Notes: generated by a model from the sequence alone, not told the origin. Numbered from the stretch's first letter, positions 1 through 13,429 are shown. The stretch: DNA of 64,000 bases from an uncultured Nitrospiraceae bacterium (GCA_963705105.1 CAVPIW010000014.1:128001-192000), one strand, 5' to 3'. Numbers and translations: made by a program.

Positions 1-2742
<2,742 letters not shown>

Positions 2743-2771
2743 CTTCCTTGTTTCATTTTACATTGGTCCTC

Positions 2772-2941
2772 CGGGAAGGCTGATATGGTTCAAAGCCTTT
2801 CCAATGCGATGATGAGACATCTCAAGGTGTTCAGCGCCTGTTGCCTGACGGTCTTCTGGTATCGATCGACACGGCAAGGTGGGGTCTGGGGATGAATAAG
2901 GTATCTTAGAGGAAAGGCTTTTCACCACATCAGCCTTCCCG
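2772..2941. repeat. Family B palindromic element (solo copy, ~170 bp)
   Basis: 31-bp imperfect terminal inverted repeat CGGGAAGGCTGATATGGTTCAAAGCCTTTCC ... GGAAAGGCTTTTCACCACATCAGCCTTCCCG. Homologous copies at 11645-11811, 26462-26630 and 27380-27549, and a partial copy at 44960. Confidence 0.9.
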
Positions 2942-3009
2942 CCCGCGTGTTCGTGGCCTTGTTCTGACTGTCGACCGGGAACTGAAGACTGAAGGTGTGG
3001 GTATGAGTT

Positions 3010-3724
3010 ATGACACGCATGGCTCATCTGTTCAGTGAGTTCCTAAACCTTTTCCTGCCGTCCCGTTGTCCCGTTTGTCAGGGTCGCTCGGACAGGCACG
3101 CCATCAACCCCATCTGTTCAACCTGCTGGGAGACGATCGGACCGTACCGGGGGAGCGCCTGCAGGCGCTGCGGTCTGCCGACGATTTCGGAGGCCACACT
3201 GTCCTGCGCATCCTGTGTGCGGGATGAACCTCCGTACTCCGTCGTGCTGTGCTACGGCATCTATGAGGGGGTGCTGCGTGAGGCCATCCATGCCTTCAAG
3301 TTCCGCGGTGTCAAAAGGCTCGCCCGCCCCCTCGGTCGCCTCATGTCGGGCCTCCCTGTCCCGGAAGCCGATGCCGTCTTGCCGGTCCCGCTTCACCCGG
3401 CCCGCCTGCGCGAAAGGGAATTCAATCAGTCAGCGCTGCTTGGCCGGCGAATCGCACTGCAGACGGGCATCCCCCTCATGCTCGGCGCCCTCGAAAAGGT
3501 GAGGGAGACGGTCCCCCAGACGGATGTCCCGGGAAAAGAAAGGGCGAAGAATGTCCGCAAGGCATTCCGGGCAACGGAGAAGGTGGCGGGGAAACGAATC
3601 GTTCTTGTCGATGACGTGATCACGACGGGCGCGACGACGAAAGAGTGTGCCGCGACGCTCCGCAGCGCCGGCGCGATCCGAGGTGGTCGTCGTCGCCCTC
3701 GCCCGGTCGATGCCGAAGATATAG
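3010..3724 (+). CDS. comF: ComF family phosphoribosyltransferase-like protein (apparent frameshift near 3675)
   Basis: N-terminal CxxC zinc ribbons, PVPLH...RLREREFNQS, LVDDVITTGAT PRPP loop. The expected C-terminus EVVVVALAR is in a shifted frame ending at TAG 3722-3724. Confidence 0.85.
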
Positions 3725-3948
3725 ACCCTGTCGCCCGGACAACTCGATAGCACGAGGGCGCCGTCTATCACATCCTGTCCCCGGGCAATGGAGAACTCTC
3801 AGCTGCTCACTGACAATCGAGTCAAGTTCCGCAATGATGTTATCCACAAGGGCAGGATCCCAGGCCGGGTACTCATGATGATGCCAATTCTTCAAGGTCC
3901 TGTAAGTAAGACCCGTCTTTTGGTTCCAAGAAGCGCGCCCTTCTTCGC

Positions 3949-3977
3949 TTGACTACCTTGCCCCCTTCCGTTATTAT
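3949..3977 (+). promoter_or_regulatory. Putative sigma70 promoter
   Basis: TTGACT-17 bp-TATTAT upstream of the DUF116-like gene. Confidence 0.55.
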
Positions 3978-4111
3978 TTGAAAAAGACTGTCGGCAGTTA
4001 AACTATGGTATTGCCGCCGCGCTGCGCCTATCACTGACAAGTCGTTGGAGCGAACTGCACTGTACGTACCCCTGAAAGATATTGGAAGGTGATCTTGGGA
4101 CGTTTCATCGC

Positions 4112-4933
4112 ATGACTGAGCGCGTAAAATACAAATCCGTTACGGGGAAGACGTACTCCCTTTTCGCCGGGTATCCCTCGACGGAACGTTACTACGAGAC
4201 GGTCCGGGAAATTGTGGATAGCCTGGCGGCACTATGCCCGGACCGGAGCAGGCTCCTGGCCCATATTCAAAGGGCAGGCGGCGTCAGGAACGCCTTCAGG
4301 AGCCTGACAGGCCGCACTGTCAACAGGGCACTCATTGCGGAAATACGAAACAGGGTCGGTGATGCCCTTTCACCCTTCACAAGCGGTGTCGAAGAACATC
4401 TGCGGGGGCTCTCCCTTCAGCAGAGACTCGACGAGACGGTGCGCACGAAGGAGGAACAGTATCACCTCTTCATGATCGAAATCGAACTTGTCAACCTCAT
4501 CCACAGAGATGCTTTCAGGAAGTGTGACTACAAAATCGCTCTCCTTCCCCACTGCCTGCGCGACTTCAGGCCCCAATGCCGGTCAGCCCCCGGAGACATC
4601 GAATGCACGTGCAGGGGCTGCACCGACGACTGCTTCATCAATCTCGGCAGCCTGCTGCTGAGGAAGTTCAACATCCATCCCTACATATCCATAACCATAG
4701 ATCAGCAGAGGCTCCTGAAGGGGCTCAAGGCGGAGCACCCCGGCATTGGCGCCCTGGGCATCGCCTGCGTGCCCGAACTTGCCAGAGGCATGAGATTATG
4801 CATGAAACTGGCCATCCCTCCCGTCGGCATACCCCTCGACGCCAACCGCTGCGCCAGATGGATGAAAAAGGCCGAGGACACATCATTCAGCCTGGAGGAA
4901 CTGGAGGGGCTGCTGGTCGATGATCGGCCGTAA
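4112..4933 (+). CDS. DUF116-like Cys-rich protein
   Basis: LLPHCLR..C..C.C.GC..DC and GIACVPEL...C motifs. Start codon uncertain (4082 or 4112). Confidence 0.7.
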   Translation: MTERVKYKSVTGKTYSLFAGYPSTERYYETVREIVDSLAALCPDRSRLLAHIQRAGGVRNAFRSLTGRTVNRALIAEIRNRVGDALSPFTSGVEEHLRGLSLQQRLDETVRTKEEQYHLFMIEIELVNLIHRDAFRKCDYKIALLPHCLRDFRPQCRSAPGDIECTCRGCTDDCFINLGSLLLRKFNIHPYISITIDQQRLLKGLKAEHPGIGALGIACVPELARGMRLCMKLAIPPVGIPLDANRCARWMKKAEDTSFSLEELEGLLVDDRP

Positions 4934-5143
4934 AGTGCGAGCCGAATGCAAGTCGTATTCCCGAGTATCGGGGGTGCGTCTTCGTGAGGAGGGGGCTAAT
5001 CCGGCAGCACGAGGTCGCACCTTATAATGCCGCCAGCCTGCGTGCACGCCATAATGTCTCCTGCCCGCTGCCGGCGTTTGCGGCGGTGTCTATAGCATAA
5101 CACCAGGCGTCCCTGACATCCGCAAGGTATTTTTATAACCCTG

Positions 5144-6086
5144 TCAGTGCCCCGGCGTACTCCTCGTCACGGTGTAGCAGTCGAGATCGTCGGCGAAGAC
5201 AACGGGACCTTTGTACTGTTCGGAGATGAACCGGAGGGTCTCCTTTTCCCTTCCCAAGGTCCTCAGCATGCGGTGAGACAAGACCAGCTTCTTCACCTCT
5301 GCGGCGGTCGCTGATCCTGCCGATCACCGACGGCGGCATGTGGAGGTCCCTGGCGAGTCCCCCGGTCCCTTCCGGAATGGCGTTGTGGGCGAAGAAGAGA
5401 TCGGCGTTTTTCGCGATATCCACGAGGACCTTGTTGTTGCCGCTCGTGTCACCGCTGAAGGCGAGCACGACGTCGCCCATCTCAAAGCGGAGGGCGATGG
5501 ACGGCACAGGCCCGTGTTCCGAAGGCAGGGCGAAGACCGTCATCCCGTCCCCGCTGAAGACCTGCGTCATCTTTTCCCCTGGCAGGGAAAGATCCTGCGG
5601 CTTCAGGGCATAGCTCGTTTCGCCGCCCGTGAGATAATCCCCCAGGTACCGGTAAAGCCCGCGCTTCCCGTCGAAGAGAAGCCTGACGAATTCAGTCGTC
5701 GGCGGGTAGAAGTCATTGCCCGCAGGTCCCAGCACAGGAAGGGGCTGCGTTCGCTTCACGAAATAGGATGATTTGACGAGGACCGGCAGGTCCGCGGCAT
5801 GGTCCACGTGAAGGTGGGTCAGGAAAACCACATCGAGATCGGCGATCCGCGCGTCCATGTCGCCGAAGTAATTGGCGCTCCCGCTGCCCGCGTCGATGAG
5901 CGCCCTTGCCCTGCCGTCCTGCCAGACAATGTAGCTCGACGAAGCGCGCCGGTCTTCGATCTCGGGGCCTCCTGAGCCGAGCACCTGGACCTCGATCCCT
6001 TTGCCCGTGCAACGGGCTGCAAGGGCCTGAGTTGTCAAGAGGGCCACGAGCAAGACAACAAGCACGGCACACAGAACTCTGATCAT
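5144..6086 (-). CDS. Exported MBL-fold hydrolase, RNase Z/arylsulfatase-like (apparent frameshift near 5312)
   Basis: Signal peptide after an AAGGAGGAG RBS; THLHVDH metal motif; SGDT. The conserved end (KKLVLSH...VFADDLDC) lies in a shifted frame. Confidence 0.8.
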
Positions 6087-6121
6087 AATCTCCTCCTTGC
6101 CGATAATAAGACTTTCATAGT

Positions 6122-6538
6122 TCATCCGGCGGGATCCACCCAGTTGCCGATTGCCCCCTCGACAAATGTCCTGATCACCGGCAAATCCGCTTCCGCCCAG
6201 TCAAGAACCGGCAGATCTTCCGGTGCAAGCCATACAGACGCTGCGTGCTCATGGAGGACGATCTCGCCGGACCTGATTGAGCAGACAAAGGGGTAGAGTG
6301 TCACCGTAAAGGTTTGATAACTGTGCGTACTCGGCGGAAGCGCGCGTATGATATCGACGCCGACTCCCACCTCCTCGTTCAGTTCACGATGCAGGCAGTC
6401 TTCCGGAGTTTCACCGGGATGGATCTTGCCGCCGGGAAATTCCCATTTGAGGGGCAGGTTCCCGTCGGCGCCGCGCTGCGTTGCGAGCACCTTCCCCTCC
6501 CGCTGAATGATTGCACAGGCGACATGTAAATGCTTCAT
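6122..6538 (-). CDS. MutT/NudG-type NUDIX pyrophosphohydrolase
   Basis: [32 protein letters not shown] box. Confidence 0.9.
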   Translation of the reverse strand: MKHLHVACAIIQREGKVLATQRGADGNLPLKWEFPGGKIHPGETPEDCLHRELNEEVGVGVDIIRALPPSTHSYQTFTVTLYPFVCSIRSGEIVLHEHAASVWLAPEDLPVLDWAEADLPVIRTFVEGAIGNWVDPAG

Positions 6539-6634
6539 AAACCTTGTCGCTGCAACAGGACCTCCGGAAAGGTATAGTCATATCACAGAGGTTCCTGCAT
6601 GATGATCGGCGAAGGTTTCACCGTACCCTGCAGT

Positions 6635-7156
6635 TTACAGAAAACCGTTGAACTTTATTTTCCCGAAGTCCAGGCGCTCCCGATCAACGGGCCTCTTTGT
6701 CTCGGCAGGATAGCCGATGCTGATGATCGACAGGACCCTCAGGTGCCCTGGAATGCCGAGGAGTCCCCGGACATACGCTTCCGCGCTCTCCTCTTTCGAA
6801 TGCTCCCTCTTTCTGATCTGAATCCAGCAGCTGCCCATCCCCAGGGCGTGTGCGGTCAGATGCGCGACGACGGAAGCAATGGCGCAATCCTCCACCCAGA
6901 CGTCGGACTTCGTCTCGTCCCCGCAAACCACGATGCCCAGCGCAGCATCCCTGAGGAAACCGGACCCATGCTCCTTTGCACGGGAGAGCTTCGCCAAGAG
7001 GGCTGGTTCATCGACAAAAACGAACGTCCAGGGACTGAAGCCCCGTGACGAGGGACACCGAAGAAGCGCCTCCTTCAGAACCTCCAGGTGCTCCGCCGTG
7101 ACGGCCTTTTTCTGATATTGCCTGATGCTGCGCCGTGTCCTCAGTATCTCAATCAT
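6635..7156 (-). CDS. Nitroreductase family protein
   Basis: RRSIRQY, PSS, AHALGMGSCW and IGYP motifs. Confidence 0.9.
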   Translation of the reverse strand: MIEILRTRRSIRQYQKKAVTAEHLEVLKEALLRCPSSRGFSPWTFVFVDEPALLAKLSRAKEHGSGFLRDAALGIVVCGDETKSDVWVEDCAIASVVAHLTAHALGMGSCWIQIRKREHSKEESAEAYVRGLLGIPGHLRVLSIISIGYPAETKRPVDRERLDFGKIKFNGFL

Positions 7157-7397
7157 AGTTCGCCCTCCATGATCGTGACAAGCTGTTCTCTTCGGATGAC
7201 CCTGCGCCGGCGGCTCCCTCCCGGGGGTCCACTGACAGCCCGGCCTGAAAGAATAATGTATTACAGTCCCCGGAGAAACTTCAACTGGAATCCTTCAACA
7301 ACTCACCGGCAGATGTGTCCGCCCTTTGCAGGCCGGCGCCGGAGTTCCCTCCACGCGACCGAATCCCGTGCTATAATCTACTTAAAAGATATCACAA

Positions 7398-7604
7398 CCT
7401 TGAAATTGCATGGAAAGGCGGTGCGAAACGCCTCAAAGCCTTGCTGAAGGCGACGATGATCATTGTCAGGTTCGTCTCTCAGGGTCCCATTCTTCGTGTC
7501 ACCGACCATCGCTTGTAACGTCTTCCGCGACGATACAGGTGTCGCCGCATCAAGGTTTTCGGCGCATACACCCCGCCTTTCCAGAGGACGCATGCAACGA
7601 TAGT
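7398..7604 (-). repeat. Family A element, long-stem (A1) type, reverse orientation
   Basis: Reverse-complement homologue of 15435-15646, 52560-52771 and 53655-53867. Confidence 0.9.
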
Positions 7605-7638
7605 GACAGTTCAAAGAGAATGGGCATGGAGACAAGAA

Positions 7639-8793
7639 ATGGCTGAAGATATTGTTTTGGCGGGCGCGGTGAGGACACCCGCAGGGAAGTTTGGCCGTTC
7701 GCTGAAAGACATCCCGGCACCGCGCCTCGGCGCGCTCGTGGTCGCAGAGGCGTTGAAAAGGGCCGGTGTCGGGCCGGCGGAGGTCGAACAGGTCATCATG
7801 GGCAATGCGGTCGGGGCCGGCCTCGGCCAGAACCCGGCACGCCAGGCTGCGGTCATGTCGGGCATCCCCTGCGATGTGGCGTCATTCACGCTGAACGAAG
7901 TCTGCGGCTCTGCCATGAAGGCCGTCATGGTCGCCGCCCAGATGATCAGGGCCGGCGATTACCGCGTCATCGTCGCGGGAGGAATGGAGAGCATGAGCGG
8001 CGCGCCTCACCTCATGAGAGGCCTGCGCTGGGGGGTGAAACTCGGGTCCGTCTGCTCCGACGATGCCATGCTGAGCGACGGAATCAGGGAAACCTTTAAC
8101 GGTTATCACATGGGGATAACGGGCGAGAGGGTGGCGGAAAAATACGGCGTCACCAGGGCGGAGGCGGACGCATTCGCCTTCTCGAGCCATATGAAGGCCT
8201 TCGCTGCCACGAAAGAGGGGTCATTTCGGGACGAGATCCTTCCGGTGGGGGCATTGGCGGAGGACGAGTGCATCCGCGGCGACACGACACCGGAAAAGCT
8301 CGCCGCGCTCAGGCCTGTTTTCCGGGAGGGAGGCATCCTGACGGCCGGCAACAGCTCCCAGCTGAGCGACGGCGCCGCTGCTGTCGTTGTGATGTCTGCG
8401 GGACGGGCCCGGGAACTCGGGGTGACCCCTTTGGCCCGCATCATCGGGTTCGCTGATGGGGGCGTTAAGCCGGAGGACGTGATGGAAGCGCCGATTCCCG
8501 CGGTCAGAAAGTTATTGAAGAACACCGGCCTCGTCATCGGAGATTTCGACCTTGTCGAGCACAACGAGGCTTATGCTCCCGCATCCATCGTCGTCGCGCG
8601 GGAATTGGGCATCCCTCCCGAAAGGCTCAATGTTCACGGCGGTGCCGTCGCCCTCGGACATCCCATCGGCTGCAGCGGCGCCCGCATCCTCGTCACCTTG
8701 ATTTACGCTCTCAGGAACAGGGGGTTGAGCAGGGGACTGGCCACGGTCTGCATCGGCGGCGGCACGGCAACGGCCATGGCCATCGAGCGATGA
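7639..8793 (+). CDS. Acetyl-CoA C-acetyltransferase (thiolase)
   Basis: Catalytic motifs NEVCGS, NEAY, GHPIGCSGARI and CIGGG. Confidence 0.95.
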   Translation: MAEDIVLAGAVRTPAGKFGRSLKDIPAPRLGALVVAEALKRAGVGPAEVEQVIMGNAVGAGLGQNPARQAAVMSGIPCDVASFTLNEVCGSAMKAVMVAAQMIRAGDYRVIVAGGMESMSGAPHLMRGLRWGVKLGSVCSDDAMLSDGIRETFNGYHMGITGERVAEKYGVTRAEADAFAFSSHMKAFAATKEGSFRDEILPVGALAEDECIRGDTTPEKLAALRPVFREGGILTAGNSSQLSDGAAAVVVMSAGRARELGVTPLARIIGFADGGVKPEDVMEAPIPAVRKLLKNTGLVIGDFDLVEHNEAYAPASIVVARELGIPPERLNVHGGAVALGHPIGCSGARILVTLIYALRNRGLSRGLATVCIGGGTATAMAIER

Positions 8794-9965
8794 GCGCCTT
8801 CTATTCGGAGCACCAGAGAGAGGTGCTGGATACGCTCTTTCCGGCCGGGACGGATCACCACGATTTTCTCGCCTCCCTCGGGGAGTTTGCGGCCAGGGAG
8901 ATCATGCCCGGAGCGCAAAAGATTGACAAAGACGGCGCATTTCCGGAAGACCGGTACGACAGGGTAGTGGAGAGGGGTTTGTTCGGTCTGTCCCTCCCCA
9001 GGGCATACGGCGGATCGGGGATGCCCTTCCCCGTCTATACGGCTGCGCTGGAGATGCTCGCGAAGGCCTGCGCAAACACGGCGCTCCGGGTGTCGGTCCA
9101 GGGAATGGTCGCCGAGGGTATTGTGATGCATGGCACGGCGGAGCAGAAGCAGGCCCTCCTGGTGGACCGGGGATGCGCAAAGGGCGCGGGCAAGCTCGCC
9201 TTCGCCCTCACCGAGCCCTGCTGCGGTTCCGACGCGAAGGCACTGAGGACAAAAGCGGAGCTCACGGGCGGACGGTATGTTGTTGACGGCACGAAGACAC
9301 TCATAACGAATGCCCTCGACGCGCAGTTCTTCCTCGTATTTGCAGGAACGGAGAGGGGCATCTCCGCTCTTCTCGTGCCTGCGGATACCCCCGGATGCAC
9401 GGTGACGAAAGATATGCCGAAACTCGGGTTCAGGGGAAACAGTCTCTCATCGATCCGGTTTGAGCGCTGCGAGGTCCCGTCGGATTGCCTCCTCGGAGAA
9501 GAGGGAAAGGGACTGGAGTACGCCAAGGAGATCCTCAACGCGGGACGGATTACCATCGCCGCGATTGCCGTCGGGATCGCCCAAGCTGCCTTCGACAAGG
9601 CGCGTCGGTACAGCTCGGGAAGAAAAGCCTTCGGGGAGCCCATCGCCGGCTTCCAGCTCATACAGGAGAAGCTCGCCGACATGGTCACGGATATCAGGGC
9701 TGCAAGGCTTCTCACATATTACGCCGCGTGCCGCAGGGAGAAGGGTCTGCCTGTCGCTGCAGAAGCGGCCCAGGCGAAGCTCTTCGCCTCGGAAGCGGCA
9801 TTGAGGGTGTGCGATCGGGCTTTACAGGTCCACGGCGGATACGGATATGTCGACGCCTACGACATCCACAGACACTGGAGAGACGCGAGGCTCCTGACGA
9901 TCGGGGAAGGGACATCGGAGATGCTGAGAATCCTCATTGCTCATCGCGCACTCAGGGAGGAATAG
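8790..9965 (+). CDS. Acyl-CoA dehydrogenase (butyryl-CoA type)
   Basis: FALTEPCCGSD, R.AFG, QVHGGYGY and IGEGTSE motifs. Confidence 0.93.
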   Translation: MSAFYSEHQREVLDTLFPAGTDHHDFLASLGEFAAREIMPGAQKIDKDGAFPEDRYDRVVERGLFGLSLPRAYGGSGMPFPVYTAALEMLAKACANTALRVSVQGMVAEGIVMHGTAEQKQALLVDRGCAKGAGKLAFALTEPCCGSDAKALRTKAELTGGRYVVDGTKTLITNALDAQFFLVFAGTERGISALLVPADTPGCTVTKDMPKLGFRGNSLSSIRFERCEVPSDCLLGEEGKGLEYAKEILNAGRITIAAIAVGIAQAAFDKARRYSSGRKAFGEPIAGFQLIQEKLADMVTDIRAARLLTYYAACRREKGLPVAAEAAQAKLFASEAALRVCDRALQVHGGYGYVDAYDIHRHWRDARLLTIGEGTSEMLRILIAHRALREE

Positions 9966-9971
9966 ACAGCC

Positions 9972-10820
9972 ATGGAGATAAGCCGGATTGCGGTGATCGG
10001 ATCGGGGACCATGGGAGGCGGCATCGCCCAGGTTGCATCGCAGAGCGGGTACGAGGTCATCTTGAGCGATGTGAGCGATGATTTCGTTCGGAAGGGTTTC
10101 GCCCGCATCCGGGAGCGGCTTGAACAGAGGGTGAATCAGGGAAAGTTTAAAGCCGCCGAGGCGGAGAAGGCCCTCTCCCGCATCAGACCCGTCGGCCGTC
10201 TCGAGGAGTGCGGAGAGGCCGATCTTGTAATCGAGGCCGTCGTCGAACGGGAGGAGACGAAGAGGGATATCTTCCGGCAGCTCGATGCCCTCTGTCCGGA
10301 CCGGACGATCTTTACATCCAACACCTCGTCATTGTCCATCACCCGCCTGAGCCAGACATTCAGGCGGCCGGAACGCTTCGCGGGCATGCACTTCATGAAC
10401 CCTGCCTTTGTCATGCCTCTCCTGGAGGTCGTCCGGGGACATCGTACGTCGGGGGAGACAATTGCAGCGATAACCCGTGTGGGTGAGAGCATGGGGAAAA
10501 AGGTCGTCGTCGTCGAGGACTCGCCGGGCTTCGTGACGAGCCGCGTACTGCTGCACATGATCAACGATGCCGTATTCTGTCTGCACGAGGGGGTGGCGTC
10601 GCGTGAAGCCATCGACACCGTCATGAGGCTCGGAGCGCACCACCCCATGGGACCCCTGGAACTTGCGGATTTCATGGGCCTTGACATCTGCCTCGCCATC
10701 CTCGGAGTCCTCCATGCCGAGCTGGGTGAAAAATACAGGCCCTGCCTGCTCCTGCGGCGGATGGTTGAGGCAGGTAAGCTCGGCAGGAAAAGCGGGGAAG
10801 GGTTCTATGAGTACCGGTGA
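9972..10820 (+). CDS. 3-hydroxybutyryl/3-hydroxyacyl-CoA dehydrogenase
   Basis: GSGTMGGGIA, SNTSSL, GMHFMNP, PMGPLELAD and LGRKSGEGFY motifs. Confidence 0.95.
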   Translation: MEISRIAVIGSGTMGGGIAQVASQSGYEVILSDVSDDFVRKGFARIRERLEQRVNQGKFKAAEAEKALSRIRPVGRLEECGEADLVIEAVVEREETKRDIFRQLDALCPDRTIFTSNTSSLSITRLSQTFRRPERFAGMHFMNPAFVMPLLEVVRGHRTSGETIAAITRVGESMGKKVVVVEDSPGFVTSRVLLHMINDAVFCLHEGVASREAIDTVMRLGAHHPMGPLELADFMGLDICLAILGVLHAELGEKYRPCLLLRRMVEAGKLGRKSGEGFYEYR

Positions 10821-11580
10821 GTCTATCATGGTCGAAAGACAGGGGCCCGTCTGCACGATCACCTTGAACAGGGACAGGGGGATGAACCTGCTCGGCACGG
10901 AGTCGCTCCAGATGCTGTCTCATACCTTCGCAACGGCGGCGGAAGACCGGCAGGTGCGTGCCGTTGTCATCACGGGGCGCGGAAACTTCAGCGCCGGTGC
11001 CGATATCAGGGAAATGAAGGACATGAGCGTGGAGCAGGCCGGTGCCTTCGCACGCCTCGGTCAGGGCGTGTTCAACATGATCGAACGCATGGATAAGGCG
11101 GTCATAGCGGCCGTCACCGGATACGCCCTCGGGGGAGGATGTGAGCTTGCCCTCGCCTGCGACATCCGCATATGCGACGAGAGCGCGCGGTTCGGCCAGA
11201 TCGAGCTGAGCCTCGGTCTCATTCCCGGTTTCGGCGGAACACAGCGACTCGCCAGGATTGTGGGCCATGGCAGGGCCATGGAAATGATGCTGACGGGACG
11301 CATGGTCGGAGCACAGGAGGCAGGATCTATCGGCCTTGTCGGCACGGTGGTCCCCCTGGGGGATGCGCTGAAGGCAGCCATGGAAATCGCGCAGACGATC
11401 GCGGGGAAAAGCCCCGTCGGCGTGGCCATGGTCAAGAGAATCGCAAGAGAATCCTCTCCGCTCGAGAAGGGGCTGGCAATCGAGGCCGAGTCATTCATGA
11501 AGTGCTTCGGATACGAGGACCACAGGGAAGGCATCCGTGCATTTCTCGAAAAGAGACCGCCCGTCTTCAGGGGGGAGTAA
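10807..11580 (+). CDS. Enoyl-CoA hydratase (crotonase)
   Basis: FSAGADI, ALGGGCELALACDIR and PGFGGTQRL motifs. Confidence 0.93.
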   Translation: MSTGESIMVERQGPVCTITLNRDRGMNLLGTESLQMLSHTFATAAEDRQVRAVVITGRGNFSAGADIREMKDMSVEQAGAFARLGQGVFNMIERMDKAVIAAVTGYALGGGCELALACDIRICDESARFGQIELSLGLIPGFGGTQRLARIVGHGRAMEMMLTGRMVGAQEAGSIGLVGTVVPLGDALKAAMEIAQTIAGKSPVGVAMVKRIARESSPLEKGLAIEAESFMKCFGYEDHREGIRAFLEKRPPVFRGE

Positions 11581-11581
11581 A

Positions 11582-11901
11582 GCTTATCGTCATAGGAAAG
11601 TAGGGGCGAAGCGCCTAAAAGCCTTCTCATTGCAACGCTGACTCCGGGAAGGCAGATACGGTCAAGGCCTTTCCAATGCGATGATGAGACTTCTCCGGCG
11701 TTAAGCGCCGGTTGCCTGACGGGCTCTTGTCATCGGACGACACGGCAAAGGGTGGTCTGGTGATGTATAGGGTATCTTAGCGGAAAGGCTTTTACCACAT
11801 CAGCCTTCCCGTCGGTGTGTTTATCGTCCGGTTTCCGTCTTTGCCTGCTGTCTATTGTCGCCTTCGCCCCGCCTTTTCGGACGGCGTAGTCAACGATGAG
11901 G
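11582..11901 (-). repeat. Composite A::B element (family B at 11645-11811 inside family A termini), reverse orientation
   Basis: Degenerate A right end at ~11582-11625, B element plus tail, then the reverse complement of the A left end (TTCGCCCCGCCTTTTCGG...CAACGATGAGG) at 11863-11901. Confidence 0.8.
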
Positions 11902-11910
11902 TGAAGAGGG

Positions 11911-12915
11911 TCAGGCCCGTGGCTTTTGCTTCTCCCTGATCTCATGGATGGCGTCGACGTGTCCCATGACGACAAGGGTGGCGTCCTCCGTCAGCACCGT
12001 CTTCTTAGGAGGGTTGAAGGTGTAGGAACCGTCGCGGTTGTTTTTCATTGCCACAAGGGTAACACCCTCGATATCGGCGATTCCCGCCTCAGCGATGCTC
12101 CTGTCGACCAGAGGCGACCCCGGCGGCACGTCGATGTCCTCCACCCGTATGGTCCTGTCCTTCGCCCTGAGCATGACATCGAGAAACGTGACGACCGAGG
12201 GCCTCACCATTTCCGAGACCATCCTCATGCCGCCGATGAAGTCGGGCAGGACAACGCTGTCCGCCCCGGCCATCCGGATCTTCTCCTCCGACTCCTCCTC
12301 GATTGCCTTGGAAATGACCCGCACAGAAGGAGCCAGCCTCTTGGCGGTAATGACGACGAAGAGGTTCTCAGCGTCCGTTTCGAGGGACGAGATGAGCCCT
12401 CTGGCGCGTTCGATTCCTGCCTGGAGCAGGACCGCATCGCGCGTCGCCCGGCCCTCCACGCAAAGTATACCGCGACCCATGAGGTCCCTGATCCTGTCCG
12501 GGCTGTTTTCGATGACCACGAAGTCCCTCCTGATCTTCACCAGTTCCTCGATGACGGACATGCCTGTCCGGTCGGCCCCGCAGACGATGTAGTGTCCCGA
12601 GAGACCGCTTATCCTGCTGTTCATTCTCTTCCTCCTCAAAACATCCGTCAGCTCGCCCTCCACGATGAACGCGGTGACGACGGAAATGCCATAGATGAGC
12701 ACCGCCGACCCGGCCAGGATGAGGACGATCGTGAATACCCGCGCCTGGTCTGACAGCGGGCGCACCTCCATATATCCCACGGATGCGATGGTAATGATCG
12801 TCATATACAGGGCGTCGACAATGGTCCATTCGTCAAGGGACCAGTAGCCGATCGAGCCCGCGAGGATGACCACGGTCAGGGCGATCAGTATGCCGACGAC
12901 TCGTCTGTAGAGCAT
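11911..12915 (-). CDS. Potassium channel family protein with RCK/TrkA-N and TrkA-C domains
   Basis: Two transmembrane helices around a TIASVGY pore loop, HYIVCG, GADSVV; GGAAGGAG RBS before ATG 12915. Confidence 0.88.
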   Translation of the reverse strand: MLYRRVVGILIALTVVILAGSIGYWSLDEWTIVDALYMTIITIASVGYMEVRPLSDQARVFTIVLILAGSAVLIYGISVVTAFIVEGELTDVLRRKRMNSRISGLSGHYIVCGADRTGMSVIEELVKIRRDFVVIENSPDRIRDLMGRGILCVEGRATRDAVLLQAGIERARGLISSLETDAENLFVVITAKRLAPSVRVISKAIEEESEEKIRMAGADSVVLPDFIGGMRMVSEMVRPSVVTFLDVMLRAKDRTIRVEDIDVPPGSPLVDRSIAEAGIADIEGVTLVAMKNNRDGSYTFNPPKKTVLTEDATLVVMGHVDAIHEIREKQKPRA

Positions 12916-13010
12916 GTGAGCAGGCTCTCCTTCCTCTTCGTATAGGCTTCCATCATACCTTATCGGGGCGGTTGTCCACAATAATAGCGCCTCTGTCAGA
13001 ATATCCGTGG

Positions 13011-13137
13011 ACCACCCCTGTCCGAAATATCTTGCAGCGAGACCTTGAAAGCGAGGATTGGGTGTGCACGTGAGAAGAGGGAGTTTATTTTGCGAAGAAA
13101 GCATGCCCAACCCTCGTGTCATGTTATTTTGGACACC
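13011..13137. repeat. Family C palindromic element (uninterrupted copy)
   Basis: Arms TGTCCGAAATA..CGAGGATTGGG and CCCAACCCTCG..TATTTTGGACA; homologous to 15159-15230 plus 15647-15700. Confidence 0.8.
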
Positions 13138-13277
13138 AATGTCCATGGGCCCATCCTCCTGTCGGTTGCACACTTCGGTCAGGGCGAAGCGTCTCAAAGA
13201 AATGCCTCAATGACCTGATGACGTCCATTGAGGCATCTTCGCTCCGTCTTTCCGAAGGCGATGCGTGGAGATGTTCT

Positions 13278-13315
13278 GTATGTCATAATGACATAGAAAT
13301 GTCATTATGACATAC
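13278..13315. promoter_or_regulatory. Tandem palindromic operator/enhancer-like sites
   Basis: ATGTCAT-A-ATGACAT (13280-13294) and ATGTCAT-T-ATGACAT (13299-13313) in a divergent intergenic region. Confidence 0.6.
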
Positions 13316-13429
13316 CATTTTGACATTCCCCCCTTGTCCCTTCCATTCGTGAAGCTTGCAACCATATGTATTTTAATGATTTCTGGGGATACCGCCAACG
13401 GGCATGGATCTTGTTAGGTTTTATTATCC

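Noticed and set aside
3840..3848. Perfect DnaA box TTATCCACA as an origin
   Set aside because: Single isolated box with no cluster or AT-rich unwinding region.
3620..3895. Minus-strand 91-aa ORF (MKNWHHHEYP...)
   Set aside because: No RBS, it overlaps comF, and no family is recognisable.
13202..13235. Hammerhead ribozyme suggested by CTGATGA in a hairpin loop
   Set aside because: No correctly placed GAAA or three-stem junction.
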